Origin: Carcharhinus longimanus
Taxonomy: Eukaryota
Length of the DNA: 64,000 bases
Assembly (NCBI GenBank): GCA_030264375.1
Contig: JASCQW010000061.1
Span: 73,987,452-74,051,451, forward strand
Reading direction: 5' to 3'
Shown in pieces: positions 40,001 through 52,797 of the stretch. Positions within the stretch are counted from its first letter, which is position 1; every line of letters starts with the position of its first letter. The position numbers and the translations under genes are program-made. Below the pieces are notes generated by a model, which was not told the origin of the DNA, ran no database searches, and worked only from the letters and a program-made list of their open reading frames with translations.

Positions 40001-42552
40001 TCAAAATGCCCGTCAAAAAGCACGAAAGACTTTTGAGAATCAAGCCGATACTAAAGACAGTGAAAGGAGGGAGCTAACCAACGAGCGTTACGTACGAACC
40101 AATAATTTACAATATCAGTGTAAAAAATGTAATGTAGTGTTCCCACGAATTTTTGATCTAATTACGCATCAGAAGAAACAGTGTTACAAAGATGAAGATG
40201 ACGATTGTCAGGACGATAGCCAAACAGAAGATTCAATGGATGCCACAGACCAAATAATGTCACATCAGCCTGATGCTTCTGTCTCAGCAGACACATCAAA
40301 GCCCATGTTAGGAACAGTGACAGGGTCTGGTTCTAGATCTGGTTCGAGCTCTGGTTCCAGCACTCCTCTGATGCCTTCACCCAAATTGGAAATGGACAAA
40401 AGTTCAGCGAAACCTAACCTACCAGTAGAGAAACCAAAGCAAATTGAGGTTGCTCAACCCTCCCAAATGGCCAAACCAATGTCCTCACCTCCGTCAGCGC
40501 CACAGACAACAACAGCACAGTCACAGCAGCAAAACCAGTCCCAACAGCCAATAATGCGACCTCATTCACAGCCTCAAAATCCAACCGTTTCCTCCAGCCC
40601 CCTGTCTGTAGCAGTCACCTCTTTACAGAACAGTCTACCTCCTCCGATGTTACAGTACCAGTGTGACCAGTGTAAATATGCCTTTCCAACCTTGGAACTT
40701 TGGCAAGAACACCAGCACATACATTTTTTGGCAGCCCAGAATCAGTTCCTCCACTCACAAATCTTGGATAGATCGTTAGATATGCCCTATATGATTTTTG
40801 ACCCAAACAACCCACTTATGGCTGGACAGTTACTTCCTGGACCTCTTACACAGATATCCTCCCAGCCTAGTTCATCAGTTCCAACCTCCTCTAATACAGC
40901 ATCAGGAACAGTTAAGCGTAAGCTGGAAGAAAAAGAAGAAAACAATCAAAACGATAAAGAAGGTGCAAATAGTAGTGATGAACCACATCGTGATAAAAGG
41001 CTTAGAACTACAATTACTCCAGAGCAGCTGGAGGTACTGTATGAAAAATACTTGTTGGATTCTAATCCTACTCGAAAAATGTTAGATCACATTTCAAATG
41101 AAGTAGGACTAAAGAAACGCGTGGTTCAGGTTTGGTTTCAAAACACTCGAGCTCGTGAGAGGAAGGGGCAATTCCGTGCCCTTGGTCCAAGTCAGTCTCA
41201 CAGAAGGTGCCCTTTTTGTCGAGCACTCTTTAAAGCTAAGACAGCACTTGAAACACACATCCGTTCTCGTCATTGGCATGAAGCAAAGCAAGCAGGCTAT
41301 AGCCTCCCACCAAGCCCTATTATGCCACAAGATGATGATGGTGAAAGTCCGCAGAAAGATAATTATTTTGAATTTCCAACATTGCTTTTCTCCAAGATTG
41401 ACGCATTAAGTGAAAATGAAGCTCCATCTACAGTTTCAACGCCAGTAAGTAAAACAGCAGAGATGTCACCAAAACATCTTCTGAGCCCTTTGTTATTCAA
41501 ATCGGAATGCAATGAAGACACGGAATGTCCAAATATAAACTCTGCTGTTGTCAGTTTTGATCAGAGTAAGACAGATTATGATGATACATCGTCTATTAAC
41601 ACAGCTATAAGTGATGGAAGTACGGGAGATGAAGGAAACAATGAAACTGAAAACCTAGTCAGCACTTCTGAAAGTAAAGTTATTGAGTCTTCAGATGAGC
41701 TGAAAACATCAATTGCTGGTGATCAGTTGTCAATGATGGTTACGACGACGACAGTTGATTATTATGATGAAAGACTTTCCATGAGCTTACCTAGCCCTTC
41801 TCTAAGCTTCATATCAAGGGATAATGACATAGATGATAGTGTTGACCGAAGTGAGACATCGAGTTTAGCCGATCCCTGTTCTCCAAGCCCATTTGGTAGC
41901 CACAGTAGTCTCAAGTCATCAAGATCAAATGAGCGACCTGGTCAGAAACGTTTCAGAACACAAATGAGTAATCTTCAATTAAAAGTCCTGAAGTCATGCT
42001 TTGCTGACTACCGTACACCAACAATGCAAGAGTGCGAACTTCTTGGCAATGAAATTAATTTACCTAAAAGGGTTGTCCAGGTCTGGTTTCAGAATGCTCG
42101 AGCAAAAGACAAAAAGATAAAGTTGAACATGGCAAAATCATTCATGATGAATCAAACTGGAACTGATGGACAAAAAACAGAATGTTCTTTATGTGGTGTC
42201 ATGTATACTGCACGTTTGTCTATCAGAGATCACATTTTCTCACAGCAACATATCAACAAAGTGAAAGAGACGGTGGGATGCCAGCTAGATAAGGAGAAGG
42301 ATTATCTTGCTCCTACTACTGTCCGACAGTTGATGGCTCAACAAGAGTTGGATCGTCTGAAGAAGGCCACAGATGCTTTGGGTATAACTTCACAACAACA
42401 AGTTCTGCATCAGCAAAGTGTAATGGAAAATACTGCATTGCATGGCCTCAATGCTTCAACATCCTATTCAGGCCTTTCAGGCCTCTCTCCAGTCATACTT
42501 CCTGGAGTAAATGGTCCTGCTTCACTGTCAAGTTTTCCACAAAATGCAACAG
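37020..42552 (+). CDS. ZFHX4: ZFHX4 giant exon (~5.5 kb): multiple C2H2 fingers, AQ tract, poly-Pro tracts and four homeodomains
   Basis: Acceptor tttttaattaaacag and donor ACAG|gtaaat. ORFs 37103..38773, 38773..39435 and 39393..42563 are consecutive parts of one protein, and the frame changes only across N gaps at 38758-38767 and 39347-39362. Motifs include [45 protein letters not shown] and four WFxN homeodomains. Confidence 0.97.
38141..38320 (+). repeat. Coding hexamer repeat, 30 units of GCNCAR type, encoding 26 AQ, 2 TQ and 2 VQ dipeptides
   Basis: Counted directly: gctcaa acccag gctcag actcag gcccag ... gcccag gcacag; 180 nt in the ZFHX4 frame. Confidence 0.97.
39209..39371 (+). repeat. 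Coding poly-proline (CCN)n tracts, the second broken by an N gap
   Basis: cct/ccc/ccg/cca runs translating to two long Pro runs. Confidence 0.93.
39564..39743 (+). other. ZFHX4: Homeodomain 1 ([13 protein letters not shown]...[14 protein letters not shown])
   Basis: Atypical WFRN helix 3 characteristic of the first homeodomain of ZFHX3/4. Confidence 0.95.
39855..40034 (+). other. ZFHX4: Homeodomain 2 ([13 protein letters not shown]...[12 protein letters not shown])
   Basis: Canonical homeodomain pattern in ORF 39393..42563. Confidence 0.95.
40992..41171 (+). other. ZFHX4: Homeodomain 3 ([13 protein letters not shown]...[14 protein letters not shown])
   Basis: Canonical homeodomain pattern followed by the C2H2 finger CPFC...HIRSRH. 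Confidence 0.95.
41943..42122 (+). other. ZFHX4: Homeodomain 4 ([13 protein letters not shown]...[12 protein letters not shown])
   Basis: Canonical homeodomain pattern followed by the finger CSLC...HIFSQQH. Confidence 0.95.
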
Positions 42553-42981
42553 GTAAATTATAATGATTCATATTTAGTTCTTTTATATCTGTAAGTTATT
42601 AAATATATATGTGTAGAGTTTAAAGCCTTAAGAAGTGCTGTGTCAAACATTTATCAACATTCAAAATTCTGCATACAGTAAGTTCAAATTTTGGCCGCCT
42701 TCTCACTCACTCGATTATGTATGCCTCTTCGGAGAGACAGAGCCCTGAATTTTTGCAACGATGGAAAGCATCTCCAGCTTAGCCGAACCTGGCACTGGGC
42801 ATTTTCATTGGTGGGGAATGGGAACCGATTGCAGGCTCATAGAGACAGTTGCCTATGTAAAAATGCAGCTGCCTTCAAAAAGATTCCGTTTTTGTTTTTG
42901 GGATGTCTGAAACATGACTGGTGGACTTTACACCTTACAGATTAAATTTACCAGAGTTTTTTGAGAAGCAACATACCCTTT

Positions 42982-44018
42982 TGTAGAGTACTACAACTGG
43001 CTGAGGAGCAGTGAACTCGTTCCTTTTTAGTCAACCCCCTTGGCTGGTCACAACAAAGGTCTTTCTTAATTTATTTTCTCCATAAATGCTTTTTCCAATC
43101 CAATTTACATTTTTAATAAGGTGCCAACCTATCCAGGTTTTCTTGAGGCACAGAAAGAGCAAATTTATTAGTTACTAAACCCAAGAAAAAATCATGCAAT
43201 GTAAAATACACATGCACAAATCTCAGAAGTAAGGAACATTAGAATCCAAATGAAAGTTAAAGAATATACAATTGCATCCTTTGCTTGTACTTGAAGTGTA
43301 GATTGTTGAATGTTTTTGCCATTTGAAGTTGGCTAGTTCCTTTTAAATCCTGGAGTTGAATTGAAGTTTGAGTAACTGCACTTTGCAGGATGCAATCATA
43401 ACTTCACAGAGAGGGAGAGAGAGATGGTATCTTTCTTCGTTCCTGTCATGGCAAAACCGGTTATTAAACCTCCTGTCTGTAAATTCTAAGCTGCCAATTA
43501 GGTTAACATGTCTTGAACTCATTGTTGTAAAACAAGAAATCTAATTTTTGGTCTTTCATCTCAGAGGCTTTTGATACATTTCAACATAGTAGAAACCAGC
43601 AGAAGAGGGGTTATTTCACCTTCCACAGGGGATTTTGTGTCTCTGTTGGGTGTATCTGGCTGGTTAGCAGTTTCCATTGCCTTGACAGAATTACAGTTGA
43701 TTTAAGTCCAGCACTTTGCATTTGTAATGCCTTTCTTTCAACAGTCCCTTTTTGAAGTGAACCTTGACACTCCCCAGATGTGAAATTCCATGAACCATGT
43801 CAGGGCAGATCTGCAGTGCAAACCTTATAGGAGCTATTCAGAAAAGTGATCAACTTACAATACCAGGTATCAGGTGACTGGCAGTAGCCATCTTTGGTCA
43901 ATGACTTTTTTTTTGCATTTAAAAAAAAGGTCCTCTTTAAACAATCCAGTTTGTTTTTAGTTAGCTGAAGAAGTTATTAGTAGATCTCACTTAGTCGCAC
44001 TTTCCTGTTATTATGACA
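42982..44018. mobile_element. Possible solo LTR
   Basis: About 1 kb bounded by TG...CA, with AATAAA on the minus strand near 43165 and no ORF. No direct TSD was found, so the call is weak. Confidence 0.3.
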
Positions 44019-46199
44019 AAAGGTCCGTGAAAACCTTTGGGAGCCCTTTTGCATTATTAAAATTAGTTATGAATTTGTATAAAAAGTGAATAAACTGCTT
44101 GAAAGTATTAAGTTGTCAAGATGCTAAAATCTCCTGGTCTTTAAATTTAAAAATCTATATAGTTTTTAAAAAATCAGCCTTTGCTTTTTCACTTTGTTGA
44201 CATGAGCCTGGGGTAAATCATTGTGGGATTTGTGCTACATGACCGATTCACATTCTATCATTATCACAGTGGGGCACCTGTCAGTTCACAGTTTCTTTGA
44301 TGTTAAAAATGATTATGAAATCTTTGATGTGGGGTTCTGGATACAAATGCTTATTTTTTAAATAAGAGATTAAGTAGTTGAAGAAATTTAAATGTAGTGA
44401 ATTAAATTTTTGTAAATAGAGGAGTCATTGATGCATACTTAGAACTACTTAATCTCAACTCAGCATGGATCCTGATGTGTGTTCCTGGTGAATACTGGGT
44501 GAACTGGCTTGCAGAGTGTAAAGGCAAATTGTGGGGGAAGAGGGGACATGAGTTGGCACTAAAAAGGGCTATAAAGCATAATGGGGTGGATAGAGGGTCA
44601 GCGCTTGGCATAGGGTTATGATTGCCAATGGAGGATGAGTGAAGGGATATATGTTGACATGAAGGGTATGGGGACTATGAGAGAAGAGTGGGTAGCATGA
44701 AGTTGCATGGGTGTGCATGGGAGGGGAATAAGGGGTATTGAAGGGGTGAGGGCTGCTTTTTGTTTCTTACATTTTGTTACAGCTGGGACAAAATGCCAGA
44801 CCGTCAAAGGCAGTCCACCTCCACACCTGGCAGCCTCCACACTTTTTCTGGAGTCAACGGTCCTGACTCCCATTAACATTCGCCCAGCCAGAATGGATAT
44901 CAAACCGGGTGAATTTTCCTGACTCTCCATTCTCGACACCCGAGCATAAATTCAGACCAGAGAAAGGGTAGTGTAGAAAACATTTGAGAACGAGTCACAG
45001 TGGATTGCTGTTACACATTTCTAAACCAGTAGATAAAGAACAGAGGTAAAAAGCCTTGAACATAATCATCTACCCATTCTTTCATTCTGTGAATATAAAG
45101 AGAAGAAAGAATGTGAACTGGAAGCGAAGGTGTGGAATTAAAAAAAAGATGCATTTACGTATCACAATTCAATATAACATCTTAAGAACTGAATACATTA
45201 TAATACATATATCTTAAAAGATAACTACTATTTTTGAAATGAGTACTCATCTTGTGAAGTGTTCATGTTTTAAATTTAAGATATATGATATTGTACATAG
45301 TGAAAAGAAAATAGTCACCCTATAGTCCATTGAACTACATTTGAAAGGAGGTGTTTGAAGCTTTTCTAAATGTGGATGAACAAATGTTGGTGCCTGTTTG
45401 AAAAATGGAAGGAGATAATTATTAATATTCAGACCAAAGAAAGAAAGGCAGTTGTAACAAAAAAATGAGTTGAAGGACAAATTTAAATATTTTTATGGTT
45501 GCTAATATCTAAATTAATCTTTTGGGACTGAAGGTACATGTATCCAAAATATACTTACATTATTGCTATCATTTTAACATGGCTGCAGCTATGAGATGTA
45601 CTTAAAAGAAACCAAGAGAATTAAGTATATTTTGTACAGATAAATTTAATGAATTAAGTATTTTGGGGGATAAGAGATGATGGAATAATGGTCAGTAGGA
45701 TGTATATAATAATGGGGGTACAACGGTAGTAGCCTTTTGGGTAGAAATTAACAATGATTAAGAAGAAAATAATCAAGCGTTAGCTCAAGAGGAAAAGATA
45801 GAGAACACTTCTGGCAAATAGAAAAGCTACAAGAAATTACAATGGATAGTGATAGGACCTTATTCAGAGACAAAATGGACCGACTTGGAATTTCCAAAGA
45901 AGATGGTAGAACTCTTGGCTTTTTCATAGAGACAATTAAGTACTATTACTTAAAAGGTAAAGCAGATATTAAGTGTATGCTACATTAGATTTAGCAATCC
46001 AGGTAAACTGGTTAACAGCTATTGTGTAAGTAAGGACCTAGCGTTCATTAAAATTATATAGTTACTTTTGATGTTTTATAAGGCTAAATACAAAAAAAGT
46101 TTAAATGTGTAAAGTTTTAGAACAAACCTTTGAGGTTTCAGCTATACGGATTACGGGGAGAAAGGTCAAGATGCCAAAACAATATGCAATTATTTGAAA

Positions 46200-46331
46200 G
46201 GCAAAATACTGCAGATGCTGGAATCTGAAACAACAACAGAAAATGCTAGAAAATCTCAGCAGGTCTGACAGCATCTGTGGAGAGAGAATAGAGAGCTAAC
46301 ATTTTGAGTCTAGATGTCCATTCATCAGAGC
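46200..46331 (-). mobile_element. Penelope-like terminal repeat fragment with a hammerhead-like core
   Basis: Homologous to 14573-14672. Minus strand reads ctCTGATGAatggacatctagactcAAAatgttagc. Confidence 0.7.
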
Positions 46332-46557
46332 CACAATTATTTTCTTCCTTTTCACCAGTTTTTGACTTCTCCTTCATCACCTGCTATCCTGGAGAGATTG
46401 AACTATTGCTCTGTGAGAACTTGCGCCCCAAGGTACCTGGTCCAAGTGCTCATTGTTCATGTGTGACAGTGGGCTTTGGCAGACTAGTCAATTGTTGAAG
46501 ATGTCAAGGCAAACTCTTTTCTTCACCCAATATCTATGCATACATTTACATATAATA

Positions 46558-46696
46558 AAAGCAAAATAGTGCAGATGCTGAAAACCTGAAACAAAAAAAG
46601 CAGGTAATGCTGGATGTACTCAGCAGGACTCACAGTGTCTGTGGAGAAAAAAAAGCAGAGTTAATATTTTGAATTGAATATGATTCAAAATGTTAA
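46558..46696 (-). mobile_element. Second Penelope-like terminal fragment ending in a short palindrome
   Basis: Homologous to 46200-46331. Ends ttaatattttgaat-tgaatatg-attcaaaatgttaa (13/14 inverted). Confidence 0.65.
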
Positions 46697-47606
46697 ATGA
46701 CCACCAATAATAAATTGATTAAGATGTGCAATCTAAAGTTAAATAGAATTATTCAAACCCACTCTTCCACCACCAGGGATGAAATTCTTCACGTAAATAC
46801 CAAAATCCAATGCATGTCATTAAATGAGCTGACAGGGAAAGAAATTTAAGGCTTCAAATTGTCTCTAAGGTTGTATCTCATGAGTTGAAATTAGTTCCAA
46901 CTGATGGCTCAGAGGCACCAGTACTTGGGGGAGAGGGAGCTGCTCCTTTAGGATGAACTTAGATTGAATTATGCTGGGACCAGTGTCCTGGTGAATCACA
47001 TAACTCGAGCTGTAGACAGGGCTTTAAACTAACTTCTTAGAAAAGGAGAAAGTTCAAGTGAAAGGAAATTAAAAAATTAAAAGAAAGGACAAGGCAATAG
47101 CACAGGGTAGTGATATGGGTAATGATAATGGAAGAGCTTCTACAAGCATATGATAAGGTAGAGAGTAGCTAAAGTAAATGCTGGTTCCTTGGAGATTGAA
47201 ACTGGAAATTTACTAACGGGAAACAAGGAAATGGTACGGACTAGGAGCAAGTGTTTTGCATCTGACTTCATAGTAAAAGAGATTAAAAGCATCTTTTAAT
47301 CTCTTTAAAAGAGATCTCTTAAAACAATGACCAAAATCATGTTTGACTAATTTATTTGAGTTAACCAAGGATGTAACAAACAGGGTGGATAAGGCAGAAG
47401 TCAGAGGCTGCAATGTATTTTGGNNNNNNNNNNNNNNNNNNNNNNNNNNNNNNNNNNNNNNNNNNNNNNNNNNNNNNNNNNNNNNNNNNNNNNNNNNNNN
47501 NNNNNNNNNNNNNNNNNNNNNNNNNNNNNNNNNNNNNNNNNNNNNNNNNNNNNNNNNNNNNNNNNNNNNNNNNNNNNNNNNNNNNNNNNNNNNNNNNNNN
47601 NNNNNN

Positions 47607-48100
47607 GTCAGCTACGACTCTCACCAACTTTTACAGATGCACCATAGAAAGCATTCTTTCTGGTTGTATCACAGCTTGGTATGACTCCTCTGCTAAAGAC
47701 TGCAAGGAACTTCAACAGGTCATGAATGTAGCCCAATCTATCCAGCCTCCCATCCATTGACTCTGTCTACACTTTCTGCTGCCTCAGCAAAGCAGCCAGC
47801 ATAATTAAGGACCCCACACATCTCGGACATTATCTCTTCCACCTTCTTCCTTTGGGAAAAAGATACAAAGATCTGAGGTCATGTACCAACCGATTCGAGC
47901 AACTTCTTCCCTGCTGCTGTCAGACTTTTGAATGGACTTACCTTGCATTAAGTTGATCTTTCTCTACAGTCTAGTTATGACTGTAACACTACATTCTGCA
48001 CTCTCTCATTTCCTCCTCAATGAACGGTAAGTTTTTCTGTATAGCTCGCAAGAAAAAATACTTTTCAGTATGTTAATATATGAGATATAAATCAAATCAA
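47607..48100 (+). mobile_element. Rex1/Babar-like LINE 3' end (5' part hidden in gap 47424-47606)
   Basis: ORF 47413..47760 reads TLTNFYRCTIESILSGCITAWY...KELQQVMNVAQSI, typical of Rex-Babar C-termini. Tail is (aaatc)n. Confidence 0.75.
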
Positions 48101-48315
48101 AAAAGGCATTTCTTTGTAATAGTAGAAAATCAAAGGACAAAGGGAGGGAGGAACTTGAAAAATATTATTGGTGCCATGAAAAATATTATTGCACAAGGTA
48201 AAAGCCCACGGTGCTGTGGATAATATATTAGCATGGATAGAAAATTGGCTCACTAACAGGAAAAAAAGTATCAGGATAAATGGGTACCTTTCAGGTTGGC
48301 AAACTGTAATTATTA

Positions 48316-50260
48316 GAACATAAGAACCAGAAGCAGGAGTAGGCCATTTGGCCCCTCAAGCCTGCTCTGCCATTCAATAAGATCATGGCTGATCTTTTTG
48401 TGCACTCACCTCCACTTACCCGCCCGCTCACCATAATTCTTAATTCCTTTACTGTTCAAAAATGTATCTTAATTCCTTTACTGTTCAAAAATGTATCTAT
48501 CCTTGCCTTAAAAACATTCAATGAGGTAGCCTCAACTGCTTCACNNNNNNNNNNNNNNNNNNNNNNNNNNNNNNNNNNNNNNNNNNNNNNNNNNNNNNNN
48601 NNNNNNNNNNNNNNNNNNNNNNNNNTTCTAGTTTCACCCACCAGTGGAAACAACTTCCCTGCTTCTATCTTATCTATTCCCTTCATAATCTTACATGTTT
48701 CTATAAGATCTCCCTTCATTCTTGTGAATTCTAATGAGTACAGCCCCAGTCTACTCAGTCCCTCCTCATAAGCCAATCCTGTCAACACCAGAGTTAACCT
48801 AATGAATCCCCTCTGTACCCACTCCAGTGCCAGTATATTCTTTCACAAATAAGGAGATCAAAACTACATTGTACTCTAGGTGTGGCCTCACCAGCACCTT
48901 ATACAGCTGCAATTTAACCTTGCTGTTTTTAAACTTCATCCTTCTAGCAATGAACGACAAAGTTCCATTTGCCTTCTTAATTATGTGCTGCACACGCAAA
49001 CCAATTTTTTGTGATTCCTGCACAAGCACACCCAGGTCCCTCTGCCATCTCTTTTAGTACCCTGGGATGTGTCCCATCAGGGCCAGGAGACTTGTCTACT
49101 TTTAGCCCCATTAGCTTGCCCAATACTACCTCATGATAATAGTTTCTAGGTTCTCACTTTCCATAGCCGCCTTGTCATCAATTTTTGACATACTATTTGT
49201 GTCTCCCACTGTGAAAACCAACACAAAATACCTGTTCAATGCCTCAGCCATTTCCTCATTTCCAGTTACTACAGCCTCCTTCTCATCCTCTAAAGGACCA
49301 ATGTTTACTTTAGCTGCTTTTTTTCATTTTATATATTTGTAGAAACTTTTGCTATCTGTTTTTATATTCTGAGCTTGTTTACTCTCATAATCCATCTTAT
49401 TTTTCTTTATAATTTTTTCTCATGGCTTTCTGTTGACCTTCAAAGATTTCCCAATCCTCTAGTTTCCACTAATCTTTGCCACTTGGTATGCATTTACTTT
49501 CAGTTTAATACCCTCATTTTTTTTCCTTACATATCCATGGCTGATTATCCCTTTTTCTATAGTCCTTCCTTATCACTGGTATATACTTTTGCTGAGCACT
49601 GTTAAAAATCACGTTGAAAGTCCTCCAGTGTTCCTTAATTGTCCCACCATCAAGCTTTTGCACCCACTCTATTTTAGCCAACTCTTCCCTCATTCCATTG
49701 TACTCTCCTTTGTTTAACACTGGTATTGGATTTTACCTTCTCACGTTCCATCTGTATTTTAAATTCAACCATATTGTGATCACTTCTTCCAAGAGGATCC
49801 CTAACTGTGAGATCATTGACTATTCCTGTCTCATTGCACAGGACCAGATCTAGGATAGCTTGCTCCCTTGTAGGTTCCATTACATACTGTTCAAGGAAAC
49901 TATCGCGGATACATTCTATGAACAACTCCTCAAGGCTATCTTGATTGACCCGGTTTGACCAAATGATATGTAGATTAAAATCCTCCATAATAATTGCTGT
50001 ACCAGTTTTACATGCATCATTTATTTCTTTGTTTATTTCTCGCCCCACCATAAAGTTATTATTTGGTGGCCTATAGACTACACTTATCAGTGATTTTTTT
50101 TCTCCTTACTATTTCTAATTTCCACTCAAATGAATTCAACCTTTTTTTCCATAGAACCGATATCATCTCTCACTATCACCCTGATGTCAGCCTTAAATAT
50201 CAGAGCTACTCCACCTTCCTTACCTTCCTGTCTGTCCTTCCAAACAGTCTGATACCCTTT
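48316..50260 (-). mobile_element. Internally deleted CR1 LINE (APE endonuclease, tether, RT C-terminus, 3' UTR)
   Basis: ORF 49674..50051 AIIMEDFN..EPTREQAILDLVLCNE..GRSDHNMVEF (APE domain); 48799..49029 LQLYKVLVRPHLEY; 48456..48788 YEEGLSRLGLYSLEFTRMKGDLIE. Confidence 0.9.
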
Positions 50261-52464
50261 GAATGCTGCAGCAGTCAGCACTGGATTCTCAATCATTTAC
50301 AATCTAAATTAATGATTTAGATAAAGGGACCAAGTGCTCTCTAGCCCACTTTTCTGACAATACAAAGATTGGTTCTAAATCCGGTTAGGAGAAAGACACT
50401 GAACCTGCATACAGATGTAAATAGGTTAAGTGAACGGGCAGAAATTTGGCAGATGGAGCATCATATGGGAAAAGTGAGGTGATCTACTTTGGCAGATAAA
50501 ATAAAAAAGTAAAATGTTATTTAAATGCAGAGAAACCACAGAGCACTGTAGTTCAGAGGGATCCACTGACTTTGTACATGAAACATAAAAGGTTTGCATG
50601 CAGGTACAGTATGTGATTATGAAAAAAAATGGAAAGTTGGCTTTTATTACATGGGAGGTAGAATGTAAAAGTAGGGATGTCCTGCTAGGATCATACAGGA
50701 TTTTGGTGAGACCACATTTAGTGTACTGCATTGAGTTTTGATCTCCTTATTTGAGGAGGGATATGCTTGAATTGGAAGCATTTCAGAGAAGGCTTACTAA
50801 GTTGATTCCTAACATGAAGAGGTTGTCTTATAAGAAAGGTTGATCAGGTTGGGCCTATATCCATTGGAGTTTAGAAGATTGAAAAGATAATCTTTTTGAA
50901 AGATATTAATTTCTTGAGACAGCTTGATAGGGTAGATGCTGAGAGGATGTTTCTTCTCATGTGGGAACCTATAGTTAGGGGCTATAGCTTCAGGATAAGA
51001 GGTCATCCATTTAAGAATGAGAAGAGGAGGAATTTCTTCTCTAAGGGTTGTGAATCTTTGGCGTTTTCTACCCCAGAGAGCAATGGAGGCTGAGTCCTGG
51101 ACAGATCTTTGAACTATACAGGAGTCCAGTATTACAGGGAATAAACGGGAAAATGGAGTTGACGCCAAGATCAAAGCAGTAATAGTCTGATTGGTTGATG
51201 GAGCAGGCTCAAAGGGCCCTATGCCATTTTTCTCATGTTCATATGTTCCTCAACTGAACTTGAAAGCTATGCTAAAAATTAATCTGTTCAGTTAATCAAT
51301 TTCTGAAATGTAAACGAAAAATGTACATGCAATATGGTGGAAAAGGAGGTCATTTCTAAAATGCCATGATTGTCACGTAAATGTAGAGAATGAATTGGTC
51401 ACTTCAAGTGGAGGTTATAGAAAAAATGGAAGCTAAGGACAATGAACCAAAACATGCTGCACCAAGAGACAGCAACACATGAGCTGACCAAAAAGTTGTT
51501 TCAGGGAAGAAAGCGTTTCTTCAGAGCCTCAATTGGTAAGTGGGAATATTTTTACAACAATTTTCTCCTATAGAACAAATACTTCTCATAATCACTAACA
51601 ATAAACTTATTAATGTGTAAAGTCATACTTAACACGATGAAAATACTGTGTCTATATTTCTTTGAAACACTGGAACTTCATAAGTTATTTTATGTCTTTT
51701 TTAAACAGTATTCTGCAACAGNNNNNNNNNNNNNNNNNNNNNNNNNNNNNNNNNNNNNNNNNNNNNNNNNNNNNNNNNNNNNNNNNNNNNNNNNNNNNNN
51801 NNNNNNNNNNNNNNNNNNNNNGTCTTTTTTAAACAGTATTCTGCAACAGTGCCCTTCATGTCTACTGATAAGTGATCCTTTCCAGCTCCACTATATCCAT
51901 CTTCAAGGCAACAAATATCTCTTAGACAGTGCTCGGGCACAAGAGGATGTCAGATTACTTGGCAAGAAGGAGTGAATGAACACTTGCATGGAGCGGATTT
52001 TGTACTGTCTTGCTGAAAAGCATTCTAACCCTTCAATTAACACCACACCCTTCACAGGATCTTGCGTATTTTACACCATATGAGCTGAAGACTCTGCATC
52101 AACAAACCATGGTATAAATCCGTCACAAGCGACAGATGTCTATATTCTGTACCACGATCATACCAGAGCCTTTTGGAGGAGGGCCATTATGCCATTGTCA
52201 ATGTCATTGTGAAGTACAATAATACCAAACATGACACACAATAATGCATAATATTACGAAACTTCACCTAGAGAGCATAGAAAAATCACTGTCTAATAAA
52301 GCTGGTTATCCAGCATGTATTAAAGTAAGCAACTATCCTCTATGTTCTTCCAAGATATTGGCACTGACAGCATTGCACTCTCTAGATTTTTCGGTGGAAG
52401 TTAAGAGATGAGGATTCCATTTTCAGTGGCTGATGTGCTTCCCTCCTTATTCAAAGTACCACCT

Positions 52465-52690
52465 TGATGAATCTGTGGAACCCTTTGCCGTTGAAGGCTG
52501 TGGAGGTCAAGTCATTGGTGTTACAAGACAGAGATTGATAGGTTCTTGATTAATAAGGGTACCAGGCATTATGGGGAAAAGGCAGGAGAATGGGAATGAG
52601 AAAAATATCAGCCATGATTGAATGATGGAGCAGACTCGATGGGCTGAGTGGCCTAATTCTGCTTCTATGTTTTATGGTTTATGGTCTTGT
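52465..52690 (+). mobile_element. CR1 LINE 3' end
   Basis: gaatctgtggaaccctttgcc...tcagccatgattgaatgatggagcagactcgatgggctgagtggcctaattctgcttctatgttttatggtttatggt. Confidence 0.85.
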
Positions 52691-52797
52691 GTAAGGCCCT
52701 TCCACAACCATTAGCCAAATGTACCATATATAAATTGATATTTTGATTGCCTGTAACATTTTTTTGGAATAAAAATGTGTTTTCTCATTTATTAAAA

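Larger units (their letters stand above)
47165..51245 (+). mobile_element. Plus-strand CR1 LINE split by two nested insertions (host pieces ~47165-47423, ~48100-48315, ~50261-51245)
   Basis: RT motifs continue across the inserts: CLTNLFE...VD...Y(LDF) | QKAF, LLHKVKAHG..ILAWIENWLTNRK..INGYLSGWQTV | (G.PQ.S)...INDLDKGTKC...FSDNTKIG. The CR1 3' UTR follows and ends ttctcatgttcatatgttc. Confidence 0.8.

Noticed and set aside
37103-42563. Three separate genes or a frameshifted pseudogene
   Set aside because: Both frame changes coincide with N gaps, and the peptides are collinear parts of one ZFHX4 exon with no internal stops elsewhere.
51694-51849. 28-bp direct repeat
   Set aside because: Also flanks a 100-N gap; likely an assembly artefact.
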